DNA of 64,000 nt from Thermodesulfovibrionia bacterium (lineage in GTDB: Bacteria; Nitrospirota; Thermodesulfovibrionia; UBA6902). The position numbers were made by a program, and so were the translations under genes. Location of the stretch: contig CAVOUK010000011.1 in NCBI GenBank assembly GCA_963699585.1, positions 125,231 through 189,230 of the forward strand, given 5' to 3'. The notes beneath the pieces were generated by a model. The model saw only the letters and a program-made list of their open reading frames with translations. It was not told the origin of the DNA and made no database searches. Below, in pieces: positions 48,357-58,723 of the stretch (position 1 is the first letter of the stretch; the number at the start of each line of letters is the position of its first letter).

Positions 48357-49815
48357 CTAACCTCTGGTCAGGATCTCCAGCTTTTTGATGATCGCTCCGG
48401 GCTCAGCAGCAACCTTTTGGGGACGAATGGTTTTAATATCTATTCCTTCCAGATTCTTTACGGAAGGACATTGCGGTATGGGAATATCAGGATAGTTTCT
48501 TCTGAAAATCAGGAAACTTCGCAGGCGATGCGGTCTCAAGGACCACGATAATTGAATTATCACCGCTGAAATACTGCCGGTATCTGAAGGACGCCGCCAC
48601 TCCTATCACTCCATGGGGTTCGAGAACAATATTGTTTCTCCGCCAGAATCTTACGATATGGGCCTCGATGTCCTCGTTAGTGATGATGTCCTCAACAAAA
48701 ACATCTTTACGGAGGCGCTTCGCCACCGCCGGGGTAATGCTTCTTTTTCCTGAAAGGATATCAGGTATGTTTTCCGGAACTTCTCCGTATAAAAAGAGGA
48801 TACGTTCAAGGTTGGAGGGTACGGAGATATCCATGGAATTCGCAAGCGTATACTTATTGCTGAGACTGCCGGAGGAGGAGCCTTTGCCTACAATGTTCGC
48901 AAATATGTTATTGGCGTTTGTACCCGCAATAAATACCTGGACAGGAAGCCCCATTCGCTTTGCTATCAAACCTGCGGTCAGATTGCCCAGATTTCCTGAC
49001 GGCACTGAAAATATAATATTCTGGTCCGGGAACTTCTTTTTAAGTTCCTTCCAGATATAGAAGTAATAAACGGTCTGCGGCAGAAGCCTCCAGACGGAGA
49101 TGGAATTGGCCGATGTGAGATTAAAACGTTCACGCACGTTGTTATCATTAAGCAGGCCCTTGGCTAATCGCTGGCAGTCGTCAAAATTTCCATCCACCGG
49201 GACCGCAAGGACATTTCCCGTTATGGAGAGCATCTGTTTTTCCTGGACTTCGGAAACCCTGTCAGCAGGATAGAGGACCAGGACATTCGTATTGGGCAAA
49301 CCGTAAAAGGCTGTTTGTATAGCAGTGCCGGTATCCCCTGATGTGGCGACGATAATGGTAGAGTGTCTCTTTTTAACCGAGAGATAGTGACTTATCAGTC
49401 TTGCCAGAAACCGTGCGGCAAAATCCTTAAAACTGCACGACGGCCCCCTGTCTAAACGGGCAATTACAAGCCTGTTGTCATCTATGGCTTCCTCAACCGG
49501 TATATGTATATCACTGTATGCACCGTCACAAATGTCCGCAAGGACATTATCCGGGATATCGTCCTGGGGAAGAAAGCCTCTCATTATCACCCATGCCAAT
49601 TCACTGTAAGAAAGACCTGATAAATCATTAATTGCCGCCTCGTTAAAACAGGGCAGGCCCGCGGGCATAAAAAGCCCGTAATCGGATGCAAGCCCCCTAT
49701 CGAGAACAAAACCCCATTTATAGCGGTTCTTCCCTTCCGGGTCCCGGGTAGAGACGAACATGTGCTCGCCTGCAGAACAGGCCGGCAATAATTGTTTCAG
49801 TTTATTAATATCCAT
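48357..49815 (-). CDS. thrC: threonine synthase (long form), C-terminal +1 frameshift near 48490
   Basis: ORF 48487-49815 has the PLP 'SFKD' lysine motif. The C-terminal ~40 aa ('YPDIPIPQCPSVKNLEGIDIKTI...') continue in ORF 48357-48563 after deleting one A of 'aaa'. Confidence 0.8.
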
Positions 49816-49915
49816 CTAAGTTTTTTTATAAAACAGGCTACGTGATTATAATACAGATAATAACAATTTATTAAAAGTATGCCATTGGGTCAAGGTCTTA
49901 TAATTCATAAAGACC

Positions 49916-50158
49916 TTAACAGCTTTCGATAATAACACCGCAATCTTCACATCTATACCTTTGCACCCCTTTTTCCTCCTCCGCTACCTCTTCAAAGTCA
50001 TATCGCTTCTCACTGCTTGCCTCAAAGCATTCAGGACAAAAGCCCTTTCCAAGTTCATCAGCTTTGATTGTCAGGTGACAGTACCTGCATCGCATCCTTT
50101 TTTTCTCTACAGGCAACAATACGAGATTATTATGAAGACATGAAGTCATGATATTCAC
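49916..50158 (-). CDS. zinc-ribbon protein (two CxxC pairs x2)
   Basis: 'CRYCHL...CPEC' and 'CEDCG...C' motifs. Confidence 0.5.
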   Translation of the reverse strand: MNIMTSCLHNNLVLLPVEKKRMRCRYCHLTIKADELGKGFCPECFEASSEKRYDFEEVAEEEKGVQRYRCEDCGVIIESC

Positions 50159-50172
50159 TCCTTACCTATCAC

Positions 50173-51064
50173 CTATGACCTATTACCCATTTGCGGGCTG
50201 ACCAGCTTGCAAGCCTGCAAGCTTCCCGCTAACTCAAGTGTCACCCACTTATTATCGAAAGACTTCTCATTCAGGTCAAGTCCTGCCTTCCGGTAAGCAT
50301 CAGCTACCATATCCTCTTCTCCTGCAAGTATACCTGAAAGGACAACGATACCATCCGCGCTCAGATGAGATACAACTTCAGGGACGATCTCAATTAACGT
50401 ACTCGAAATAAGATTTGCGATGATGACGTCAAACGTTCCTTCAACAACAGAGATGCCGCCTTCTTTTACCTCAATATTTCCTGTCCTGTTAAGCGTGATG
50501 TTTTCCCTCGCGGCATTAACAGCGATCGGGTCGGTATCAACTGCAACAATGTGTGAAAACCCCATCTTCGAGGCCCCGATCGCGAGAATTCCCGTACCGG
50601 TGCCGATGTCAAGAAGGCTCTTTCCGGCATGCGCCGGCGGTAAGTTTTTCTATGCGTGCAAGACAGGTCCTTGTGGTTTCGTGATGGCCTGTTCCAAAGG
50701 CCATTCCTGAATCGATCATGATAGTGATACGCCCTTCTTCGGCCTGCTCCCACGGAGGAATAATTGTGACGGCATTACCGGCATTGATAGGTGTAATGCC
50801 TTTTTTCCAGACCTCATTCCAGTCCTGCGCCGGGAGCATTGTATGCGTAAAGGAAAAAGAAGGATCAAGACCGGAAGATTCCAATACCCCCCTGAACGAA
50901 TTAAGCTCGTCGCAGAGGAGCTCGATATTGTTTGTATGTTCAAAATATGCGCGAAGCGTTTCACCATTTTCATACAGTCCGAGAGAACCCAGCTCTTTCA
51001 GTTTGTATGTAAGCGCATCCAGCGATACATCCGGCACAGTGATGATAAATTCGTAATATTCCAT
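50173..51064 (-). CDS. prmA: ribosomal protein L11 methyltransferase, +1 frameshift near 50575-50600; 3' end extended by a dispersed repeat
   Basis: N-part 50609-51064 ('GTGHHETT') and C-part 50173-50565 join via 'PAHAGKSLLDIGTGTGILAIGASKMGF' in the alternate frame (extra A in 'gaaaaa'). The last ~18 codons are encoded by the aagcctgcaagc/ggtaatagg repeats. Confidence 0.8.
50192..50232. repeat. ~40 bp dispersed repeat (GCGGGCTGACCAGCTTGCAAGCCTGCAAGCTTCCCGCT), copy at prmA 3' end
   Basis: Related copy at 51131-51172, so prmA is bracketed by direct copies; shorter relatives at 29676-29689 and 54145-54160. Confidence 0.6.
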
Positions 51065-51130
51065 AATAAATTATAACAGTAGAGAAAAAACTTTTCTCAT
51101 TGCTGAGAGCTGCCTTTCAGCCTTATGGGC

Positions 51131-51172
51131 TTTCCCGCCTGTCCAGCTTGCACGCTTTCAAGCTTTCCCGCT
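51131..51172. repeat. ~40 bp dispersed repeat, copy upstream of prmA
   Basis: 'CCGCCTGTCCAGCTTGCACGCTTTCAAGCTTTCCCGCT' aligns with 50192-50232 with a few mismatches. Confidence 0.55.
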
Positions 51173-51236
51173 GGTGAATAACTTTCCTTGTCAAAAAATT
51201 ACCAAAATGGGTAAAATGAATTGCAAAGACGGGTGA

Positions 51237-52364
51237 ATGTATATGCAAAAAATTATTAACACACATGATTTCTTCTCTCTTTCGTCATTTCTGAACTACC
51301 AGCTTTCCGGAACTCCCATTAACTGGAGAGCTGTCCTGATGCTGATGCATTCTGAGAGCCTCACGCCGAAAGATGAGGAACATGTGCTTTCCGCCCTGAT
51401 GTATCTGGTCGAGGCATACGGCCAGCAAAAAAGACGGCTGGGGCCCTTTGCTGTTTTACATCCTATAAGGACCGCTGCAATCTTAACGCGGGCCTCAGAC
51501 TCCCCATCCATACTTGATCTGCTCACGACTCTGCTCCATGACAAGAATGAAGACATTACTGAAGGCAAATACAGCAAGGATGACTGGGAAAGACTTGAAA
51601 GCATGTATCAGCAGATCATAGAGAAAATTGACAGCAGGCAGAACTGGTTTTTAAACGAGCGAATCCATTTCCTTTCAAGGCTGCAGAATGAAACATACCG
51701 TCAATATCTGAGCCGGCTTATCAGGCAGGCGATCCAGACCCCCGAGCTTATACGTGTCAAGCTTGCCGACAGGCTTGATAACACCCTGGACCTCCGGATG
51801 GACCTTCACGAAGATAATTCAGGGGCAGAGTCTTACAAACTGATATTTGACGCACTTTTTGCAGATACTTATAAAGGGCCTGATACAATAAATCCATATC
51901 ATACAAAGGGAAAGATCAAAGGCTCTATGAGATTATACGCGCTCTTCAAAAATGCGGTTTTCCTGTCGTATCTGCGCTCCATGAACTGCGAACTTGACGA
52001 GCCATCCCGTAAACTGTTTTCTTCATTGGCAACGGCCAGCATCAATGAGGCCCAGAACATACTGCTCCATATTTTCAAGTTCCATCTGAGAGACCCGCAA
52101 GAACAGAGGTCTTTGCTTCTCAGCGTCATGGATTACTGCAAAGAGGGCTGTCTTCGTCGTAAAGACAGCAGCTGCAATACCCGTCTGGACGGGATTTTCA
52201 AAAATACATTTGATTCAGAAAACAAGGAACAGCTCAGGGACAATCTGGACGTGCTTTACAGAGATAAAGAACTGATGGCGGAAGCATCCATAGTTTTCAC
52301 AGCTATCTTTACGAATTTTCTCAACGACCAAAACTTCAGCATTGAAAGTTTAACAGCCGGTTGA
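51237..52364 (+). CDS. RelA/SpoT-type HD (hydrolase) domain protein with ~200 aa C-terminal extension
   Basis: 'VLHPIRTAAIL...LLHDKNED...' and 'IRVKLADRLDNT' match the (p)ppGpp hydrolase HD domain; no synthetase domain. Confidence 0.55.
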   Translation: MYMQKIINTHDFFSLSSFLNYQLSGTPINWRAVLMLMHSESLTPKDEEHVLSALMYLVEAYGQQKRRLGPFAVLHPIRTAAILTRASDSPSILDLLTTLLHDKNEDITEGKYSKDDWERLESMYQQIIEKIDSRQNWFLNERIHFLSRLQNETYRQYLSRLIRQAIQTPELIRVKLADRLDNTLDLRMDLHEDNSGAESYKLIFDALFADTYKGPDTINPYHTKGKIKGSMRLYALFKNAVFLSYLRSMNCELDEPSRKLFSSLATASINEAQNILLHIFKFHLRDPQEQRSLLLSVMDYCKEGCLRRKDSSCNTRLDGIFKNTFDSENKEQLRDNLDVLYRDKELMAEASIVFTAIFTNFLNDQNFSIESLTAG

Positions 52365-52422
52365 GAGGTTTTTCAGAAAAATGGTATTATTAACCTGAAT
52401 TTTAAAAAAGGAGAGAACGAAT

Positions 52423-52524
52423 ATGGCAAAGTCACAAGAAGTAAAAAAAGAGTCCAAGAAAAAACCGCAGAAGACAGCTAAAGAGAAGAAGCTCGCTAAG
52501 ATGGAAAAGAAAAGAAATAAATAG
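52423..52524 (+). CDS. small Lys-rich protein (33 aa) MAKSQEVKKESKKKPQKTAKEKKLAKMEKKRNK
   Basis: Strong RBS AAAAGGAGAG 7 nt upstream; below the ORF-track cutoff. Confidence 0.4.
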   Translation: MAKSQEVKKESKKKPQKTAKEKKLAKMEKKRNK

Positions 52525-52538
52525 CCGGCAGGATCTAT

Positions 52539-52703
52539 CTATTTCTTTTCGAGAGCGCTGAAAATCTTATTGAAGATATTTCCCGGACACAGCTGAAATA
52601 CCGGAAGGTCCAGCCTGTCTGATTGCGCAATGAGTACGGTCTGGCTTTGGGTCCGGGGCGATTGCCCTTCTACGCCGGTTATGTAATGGATTATCACTAT
52701 CAT
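52539..52703 (-). CDS. small hypothetical protein (54 aa)
   Basis: RBS AGGTGAG before ATG; its leader is the GGTAATAGGTAATAGGTGATAGG repeat. Confidence 0.3.
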   Translation of the reverse strand: MIVIIHYITGVEGQSPRTQSQTVLIAQSDRLDLPVFQLCPGNIFNKIFSALEKK

Positions 52704-52714
52704 CTCACCTGCAA

Positions 52715-52739
52715 CCTATCACCTATTACCTATTACCTC
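52715..52739. repeat. CCTATCACCTATTACCTATTACCTC repeat (second copy at 50165-50188)
   Basis: Near-identical 24 bp motif at two minus-strand gene boundaries. Confidence 0.6.
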
Positions 52740-52813
52740 TTCAACATTGACTTGCCTGATGGGTTTGATATACTCGTGATTGAGTGCATATTTTGTTGAA
52801 ATGAGATTAAGAA

Positions 52814-54107
52814 ATGAGAACGATCATTACAATTTTGATATTCTCTCTTTTTATATGTATCCCGGATCCTGCATTATGTTCTCCTGCTGTACCACAAGAT
52901 GACACTTCATTCAATGAGAATAAAATTTCAATCTATTTTTTCAGGGGAGAGGGATGCCCGCATTGCAAAAATGAAGAACGTTTTCTTGAAGTAATGAAAG
53001 CTGAATATCCTCAACTGGAAATCAACTCTTATGAAGTATGGTATAACGAGGCAAACAGAGATTTCCTGCAAAAAATGACGAATGGCGGCCGGGATAAAAC
53101 TTACCGGTGTGCCGGTTACATTCATTGATAAAAAAGTATTTGTGGGTTTTTCAGAAAATATCGGTCAGGATATTAATGAAATTATTCGATATTGCATGGG
53201 AAACCCTTGTATAAGCCCCTTGGATATACTAAATAAAAGGCCTGAACAGGAAGAGCAGCAAACGATATCACTTCCTTTTGTGGGAAATCTTGATACTTCG
53301 AAAATTTCACTGCCTTTAATGACAATAATCCTCGGAGGACTGGACAGTTTCAATCCATGTGCCTTCTTTGTGCTTTTCTTTTTACTAAGTTTATTAATAT
53401 ACACAAGGTCCAGGAAAAAGATGCTCCTGATCGGCGGGATATTCATATTCTTTTCCGGACTTATTTATTTTTTATTTATGGCTGCCTGGCTTAATTTTTT
53501 TATTCTTGCCGGAAACATTGTCATCATAACCGCTATTGCCGGGATAATAGCACTGGCGGTTGCCGGAATAAATATTAAAGACTATTTCTTTTTTTCAAAA
53601 GGCGTCTCTTTGAGCATCCCTGAAGATGCAAAGCCTAAATTATTTGAGCGCATGCGGAATTTAATCAAATCCACATCTATTCCTTCGATGATCGCAGGGA
53701 CGGTTGTACTTGCAATTGCAGCCAACACCTATGAACTGCTCTGCACAGCAGGTTTCCCAATGGTATTTACCCGGATATTAACTTTACACAAGCTTACATC
53801 TCCGCAATATTATCTTTATCTCCTGCTGTATAACATTATCTATGTTATTCCTCTGTTCATAATAGTTCTTATTTTCTCAGTCACCTTAGGCGCTAAAAAA
53901 TTAACAGAATGGCAGGGACGCAAGTTAAAGCTCTTATCAGGACTTATGATGCTTTTGCTCGGTCTTGTGTTAATCATAAAACCGGCTTTACTGAATAATG
54001 TATTTGTGGCTTTTGGACTGCTTGCATCAGTATTGGTCATTTTTACAGCAATTATCTTTTTAACCAGGAGATATCTGCCGAATATAATAAATGGGGGTAA
54101 GGATTAA
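52814..54107 (+). CDS. DsbA-like thioredoxin domain (CPHC) fused to DsbD/CcdA-like polytopic membrane domain; +1 frameshift near 53085
   Basis: Signal peptide, 'GCPHC' active site, then 'GGLDSFNPCAF' and 'LLCTAGFP' (DsbD/CcdA TM1/TM4 Cys motifs). The two ORFs join as '...LQKMT-MAAGIKLTGVPVTF' after removing one A. Confidence 0.6.
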
Positions 54108-54160
54108 GGGGTACGGGGTAAGAAGGGCGAAAACGTGAAAACTGGAAAGCCTGCAAGCGG
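54094..54160. repeat. 3'-end composite repeat (GGGGTAAGGATTAAGGGGTACGGGGTAAG ... GGAAAGCCTGCAAGCGGC)
   Basis: First part matches 20277-20308; second part belongs to the aagcctgcaagc family; overlaps the last codons of the DsbA/DsbD-like gene. Confidence 0.6.
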
Positions 54161-54165
54161 CTGTC

Positions 54166-54399
54166 TTATGATTCTGAAATTATCTCGCAGGCATTGACGA
54201 GCTTGCGTACAGCAAAGTAGACCTTTTTCCGGTCTATGATTCCAGGGTCATATTTGATATCGATGATCTCTTCGGTATAATTTACAGACACATCAAGTAT
54301 TCCCTCTGTCTCTGCAAGAAGCTTCTTCATGTCCTCCGCGCATCCGGTGCAGACGATCCCTTCTACCTTGAGCTTCATTTCCTTAATATCTTTTTCCAT
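54166..54399 (-). CDS. heavy-metal-associated (HMA) domain protein, CopZ-like
   Basis: 77 aa; 'GIVCTGCAEDM' metal-binding motif. Confidence 0.7.
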   Translation of the reverse strand: MEKDIKEMKLKVEGIVCTGCAEDMKKLLAETEGILDVSVNYTEEIIDIKYDPGIIDRKKVYFAVRKLVNACEIISES

Positions 54400-54620
54400 T
54401 TAACTCTCATTATCCATGGTGAATTCTGTTCCAATGGTTGCAGACATGGAAGACTGTGGAAGAATTTCTATACGACACCTCTAAATAGTAGTCAGTAGAC
54501 AGCAATCAGCAGTCAGGGAAAGAAAAACAGCATAATTGCTTTGAAGCAAAAATGTAATAATACTTTTGTCGATTATAGAAATTCTGGAACAGGCTTTCAT
54601 GTCGTCGGGTTAGCTTACGA

Positions 54621-55532
54621 TCAGAAAAGCCCCTCTACTGACAGATATCGTTCACCTGTGTCGTAACAGAAGGTAAGGATACGGCTTCCTGCCGGAACAT
54701 CCATTATTTTTTTCGACACAGCCGCCAGAGAAGCGCCAGAAGAGATGCCGATAAATATCCCCTCCTCCCTGGCACATCTTTGAGTATATGAAAACGCTTC
54801 ATCTTTTGATACCTGTATAATACCGTCCAGAATTTCCTTTCTCAGGATGCCGGGTACAAAACCTGCCCCTATACCCTGTATGGGATGGGGGCCGGGATCA
54901 CCGCCGCTCAGAACCGGTGAAGCAGCTGGTTCTACGGCAAAGACTTTCAGTTTTGGGAACTCTTTTTTAAGGATTTGCGCGCATCCGGTTATGTGTCCTC
55001 CTGTTCCGACTCCGGTTATCAAATAGTCGATGCCCTCAGGAAAGTCCTTCAGAATTTCCTGAGCAGTAAACTTTCTGTGGGCTTCAGTGTTTGCTTCGTT
55101 CTCAAATTGCTGCGGCATCCAGGAATTTTCGATTTCCTGTGCCATTTCCGTGGCCTTATCAACCGCCCCTTTCATTCCTTTCTCTCTTGGAGTCAGTACG
55201 AACTCTGCCCCATAAGTGGACATCAGCTTGCGGCGTTCGATAGACATGGACTCAGGCATGACAAGTATCAGCCTGTATCCTTTAACTGCAGCGACCATTG
55301 CAAGTCCTATTCCTGTATTGCCGGAGGTTGGTTCAATTATAATGCTGTTCTTTTTGAGAATACCTTTGTTCTCTGCATCCTCGATCATCGATAATCCGAT
55401 ACGGTCCTTAATGCTTCCTCCGGGATTTGAACGTTCCAGCTTCATCCAGACTTCAACATTATTACTGAACAGTTTATTGATCCTTACGTGGTCCGTGTTT
55501 CCGATAGTTTCGAGTATGTTTTTGACCCTCAT
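54621..55532 (-). CDS. cysK: cysteine synthase A (O-acetylserine sulfhydrylase)
   Basis: 303 aa; 'PGGSIKDRI' PLP-lysine motif, 'GTGGHITG'. Confidence 0.85.
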   Translation of the reverse strand: MRVKNILETIGNTDHVRINKLFSNNVEVWMKLERSNPGGSIKDRIGLSMIEDAENKGILKKNSIIIEPTSGNTGIGLAMVAAVKGYRLILVMPESMSIERRKLMSTYGAEFVLTPREKGMKGAVDKATEMAQEIENSWMPQQFENEANTEAHRKFTAQEILKDFPEGIDYLITGVGTGGHITGCAQILKKEFPKLKVFAVEPAASPVLSGGDPGPHPIQGIGAGFVPGILRKEILDGIIQVSKDEAFSYTQRCAREEGIFIGISSGASLAAVSKKIMDVPAGSRILTFCYDTGERYLSVEGLF

Positions 55533-55648
55533 TTAGTCCTCCTTAATATTGTTTAAATAAATAAAACGTATTCTTATTATGCATATTATACAAATGCAAG
55601 GATATTTTTTTGTAAAGTTCAATTCACTGTGATATTATTTAACACCTC

Positions 55649-57163
55649 ATGGCCATTGCACAAAACGATATAATTTATTTTATCCTCACCGACCGTTTTT
55701 ACGGAAAACCCAACCCTGCCATCCTCCAGGGAATAGACCGGAATGACCCATTCGCTTTTCACGGCGGCAACATTGACGGTATTATTGAAAAGATCCCCTA
55801 TCTGAAAAACCTCGGCATCACCGCGCTGTGGATCACACCGGTCTACCTGCAGATGCAAAGCCCGCGGATCAAGGCGCAGCCTTACCATGGATACTGGACA
55901 CTGGATTTCAATACTGTTGATCCCCATCTTTACATAGACAACGGAAGATATCCTGCAGGCAGCAAATTATATGTAAAGGACCTCGCAGACCGTCTTCATG
56001 AAAATGATATCAAACTTATTCTCGACATGGTAGTGAACCACGTGGGATATGATCACCCCGGCAGAACCAATTCAGGGCCCAATCCTACCCCTATCCGGGC
56101 ACACTGGTTCAATCAGCCCGGCCTGGACAGCAATCAGGATGTCATTGAGGGGGAGCTTGCAGGGCTGCCTGACCTTGACCTGGACCAGCTTGATGTTATT
56201 GATTACCACATAAATACAATAGCCTCATGGATAAAGGAAACGGGCATCGACTGCATCCGTATGGATACCGCCAAACATGTTGAGCGGGGATTCTGGAATT
56301 ACTTTAAGACACAGATCAGGGGCAGATTTCCTGAAATAGCAATGATCGGAGAGGCACTGGTTTATGATATAGATGATCTCACCAATTATCAGAAATTCTG
56401 GGGATTTGATTCGCTGTTTGATTTTCCTGTTCAGCAGGCAATGGAAAATGTGTTTATTTATGGGGCCGGCATGACAATATTTCATTCCCCTTTTGACATG
56501 GGCGCCGGGATATTTGAGAAAGACTCCATGTATTCAAACCATAACAGACTTGTGAGTCTGCTGGATAACCATGACCTGCCGGGCCGTTTTATAACCATAG
56601 CACGGGACCATTTCTGGAATGATCTGAGGATGGCTGCTGATATACTGAAATTAGCGCTGACACTTATGTTTACTTCAAGAGGGATACCGCAGATATATTA
56701 CGGGACTGAAACAGGAATGGAAGGCGGACCTGACCCTGACAACCGAAGGGATTTTATGTGGGAAAAGATCGGTCCTGATAACGGGGTAAGACCCGAATAC
56801 GCACTTGAAAAAGAGATCTTTGACCACACGAAAAAACTTGTCAGATTACGCAGAGAGCAGGAGGCCCTGTACAGCGGTATTTTTGTTTGCCTTTATGTAG
56901 ATTATTTCCTGATGGTTTATCTCAGTTATTCATTTGACAGTATTGCAATAACTGTTATTCACAACGGCACGCTTCCTATGAGTGATTACGTTAAGATTGA
57001 AATCGAACCTAACGGGAAAATACCTTCACGCATTAAAAACAAGCTCCGGAATGAGGACCTTGTCTGCCAATTGACAGGCGAGAGGGTGAAGGTTACAGAC
57101 GGTTCATTCAGCATTAGAATGAACAGGAAAAGTTCTTTTGTGCTTATGGAATCAAACAGCTGA
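55649..57163 (+). CDS. GH13 alpha-amylase family glycoside hydrolase
   Basis: 504 aa; 'ILDMVVNHVG', 'GIDCIRMDTAKH', 'NHD' conserved GH13 regions. Confidence 0.8.
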   Translation: MAIAQNDIIYFILTDRFYGKPNPAILQGIDRNDPFAFHGGNIDGIIEKIPYLKNLGITALWITPVYLQMQSPRIKAQPYHGYWTLDFNTVDPHLYIDNGRYPAGSKLYVKDLADRLHENDIKLILDMVVNHVGYDHPGRTNSGPNPTPIRAHWFNQPGLDSNQDVIEGELAGLPDLDLDQLDVIDYHINTIASWIKETGIDCIRMDTAKHVERGFWNYFKTQIRGRFPEIAMIGEALVYDIDDLTNYQKFWGFDSLFDFPVQQAMENVFIYGAGMTIFHSPFDMGAGIFEKDSMYSNHNRLVSLLDNHDLPGRFITIARDHFWNDLRMAADILKLALTLMFTSRGIPQIYYGTETGMEGGPDPDNRRDFMWEKIGPDNGVRPEYALEKEIFDHTKKLVRLRREQEALYSGIFVCLYVDYFLMVYLSYSFDSIAITVIHNGTLPMSDYVKIEIEPNGKIPSRIKNKLRNEDLVCQLTGERVKVTDGSFSIRMNRKSSFVLMESNS

Positions 57164-58723
57164 CAATTGTTCAGATTCCATGGCTATCCTTATGAAAGTC
57201 TCTACTACTTCAGGGTCAAAGTGAGTACCGGCGCCGGATCTTATATGCTCAAATACTTTTTCTGCCGGCCACGCAGGTCGATAGGGCCGGTCTGATCTTA
57301 ATGCATCCCAAACATCTACAACAGCAAAGATCCGTGCAGCAAGAGGTATCTCCTTGCCTTTTAACCCCCTGGGATATCCTGTGCCATCCCATTTTTCATG
57401 ATGATAATATGGTATGTCAATGGCAGGCTCCAGATAATCTATTTTAGACAACATGCTAAAGGCATACTCGGGATGACGTTTCATGATGGTCCATTCTTCA
57501 TCTGTTAAAGGGCCCGGCTTCAGCAATATGCTGTCAGGCACTCCCATTTTACCTATATCATGCAAAAGAGCTCCTCTCTGCATGTGTACAAGTTTTGAAT
57601 CTTCTATGCCAAATGCCTTCGCTATCGTAATGGTCATTTCAGTGACCCTCTGAGAGTGTCCTTCAGTTTCTCTGTCTCTCATGTCCAGGGCATGGGACCA
57701 CCCTTCGATAGTTGTATCGTAGGCGAGCATAAGTTTAAAATTTATCTGCTGAAGCCTGTCAAAGAGAATGGCATTGTCTACGGCGTTTGCCGCCTGATTT
57801 GCGATTGTCTTGAGAAAATCCAGCCACTCCGGATCAGAACTTAAGGGTTTCCGATGAAAGAGCTCTATAACGCCCAATAACTGGCCTTTTGCAATAAGAG
57901 GTACTGCAAAGTATGAGACAAAATTTTCATTGACAAATAATTTTGAACGTTCAAAGCCTTCAGGTTGCTGCCTGAGATCAGGAATACTCACAATGCGTCG
58001 CTCTTTTGCGGCCAGGCCGGCGTTGCTTTCACCCAATTTCAATCGCGTATATTTAAGTGCATTTGAACGGAAACCTTTGCTGACCACATAGTCCAGGATA
58101 AGGGTTTCCTGTCTTAAGAGAAGTATAGTAGCTGCATCAACGCCTAATTGATTGATGACCTGACTGATCAAATGTTCAAGAGTGAAATTAAGGTCCAGAC
58201 TTGCATTGATAGCTGTTTCAATTGAGTGAAGGACATGGAGCCGGCTTAACTGAAGCTGAATGGTCTCCTCAGCCCTTTTGCGTTCGGAGATCTGCTCTTC
58301 CATGATCTCCACAGTTTTTGAAAGTTCAACAGTACGTTCTTCTACTCTGTATTCCAACTCATCATGGGCCTTTATTAATCTTTCTTCGGCCATCTTACGT
58401 TCAGTTATTTCAGTCTGTTTTGTAATTAAAAGGGCGTCTATTTTATCGCTATATTCCACTAATTTGTTCATGGCGGTATAAGATATTTTCTTGATCAGAA
58501 AAATAATGCCTGCCATAAGCCCCGACAAAACTATCAACAAGGTTATAACAGAATTCATTGGAATATAATCCAGCAATGAAGTGAGAAATTTCGTATTTAC
58601 AAGTATGAGGGTGGAAATTATCAGGATGACGACCAGATTGAGGAATCGTATATTCTGCTTTACTGCATTAATAACATGTTCTTTATTATATTCGAGTTCC
58701 ATTGCCATCTTCATAAAAATCAA
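57152..58723 (-). CDS. membrane-anchored coiled-coil/GAF/HD-GYP phosphodiesterase
   Basis: 523 aa; 'HHEKWDGTGYP' HD-GYP signature. Confidence 0.8.
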   Translation of the reverse strand: MIFMKMAMELEYNKEHVINAVKQNIRFLNLVVILIISTLILVNTKFLTSLLDYIPMNSVITLLIVLSGLMAGIIFLIKKISYTAMNKLVEYSDKIDALLITKQTEITERKMAEERLIKAHDELEYRVEERTVELSKTVEIMEEQISERKRAEETIQLQLSRLHVLHSIETAINASLDLNFTLEHLISQVINQLGVDAATILLLRQETLILDYVVSKGFRSNALKYTRLKLGESNAGLAAKERRIVSIPDLRQQPEGFERSKLFVNENFVSYFAVPLIAKGQLLGVIELFHRKPLSSDPEWLDFLKTIANQAANAVDNAILFDRLQQINFKLMLAYDTTIEGWSHALDMRDRETEGHSQRVTEMTITIAKAFGIEDSKLVHMQRGALLHDIGKMGVPDSILLKPGPLTDEEWTIMKRHPEYAFSMLSKIDYLEPAIDIPYYHHEKWDGTGYPRGLKGKEIPLAARIFAVVDVWDALRSDRPYRPAWPAEKVFEHIRSGAGTHFDPEVVETFIRIAMESEQLSAV

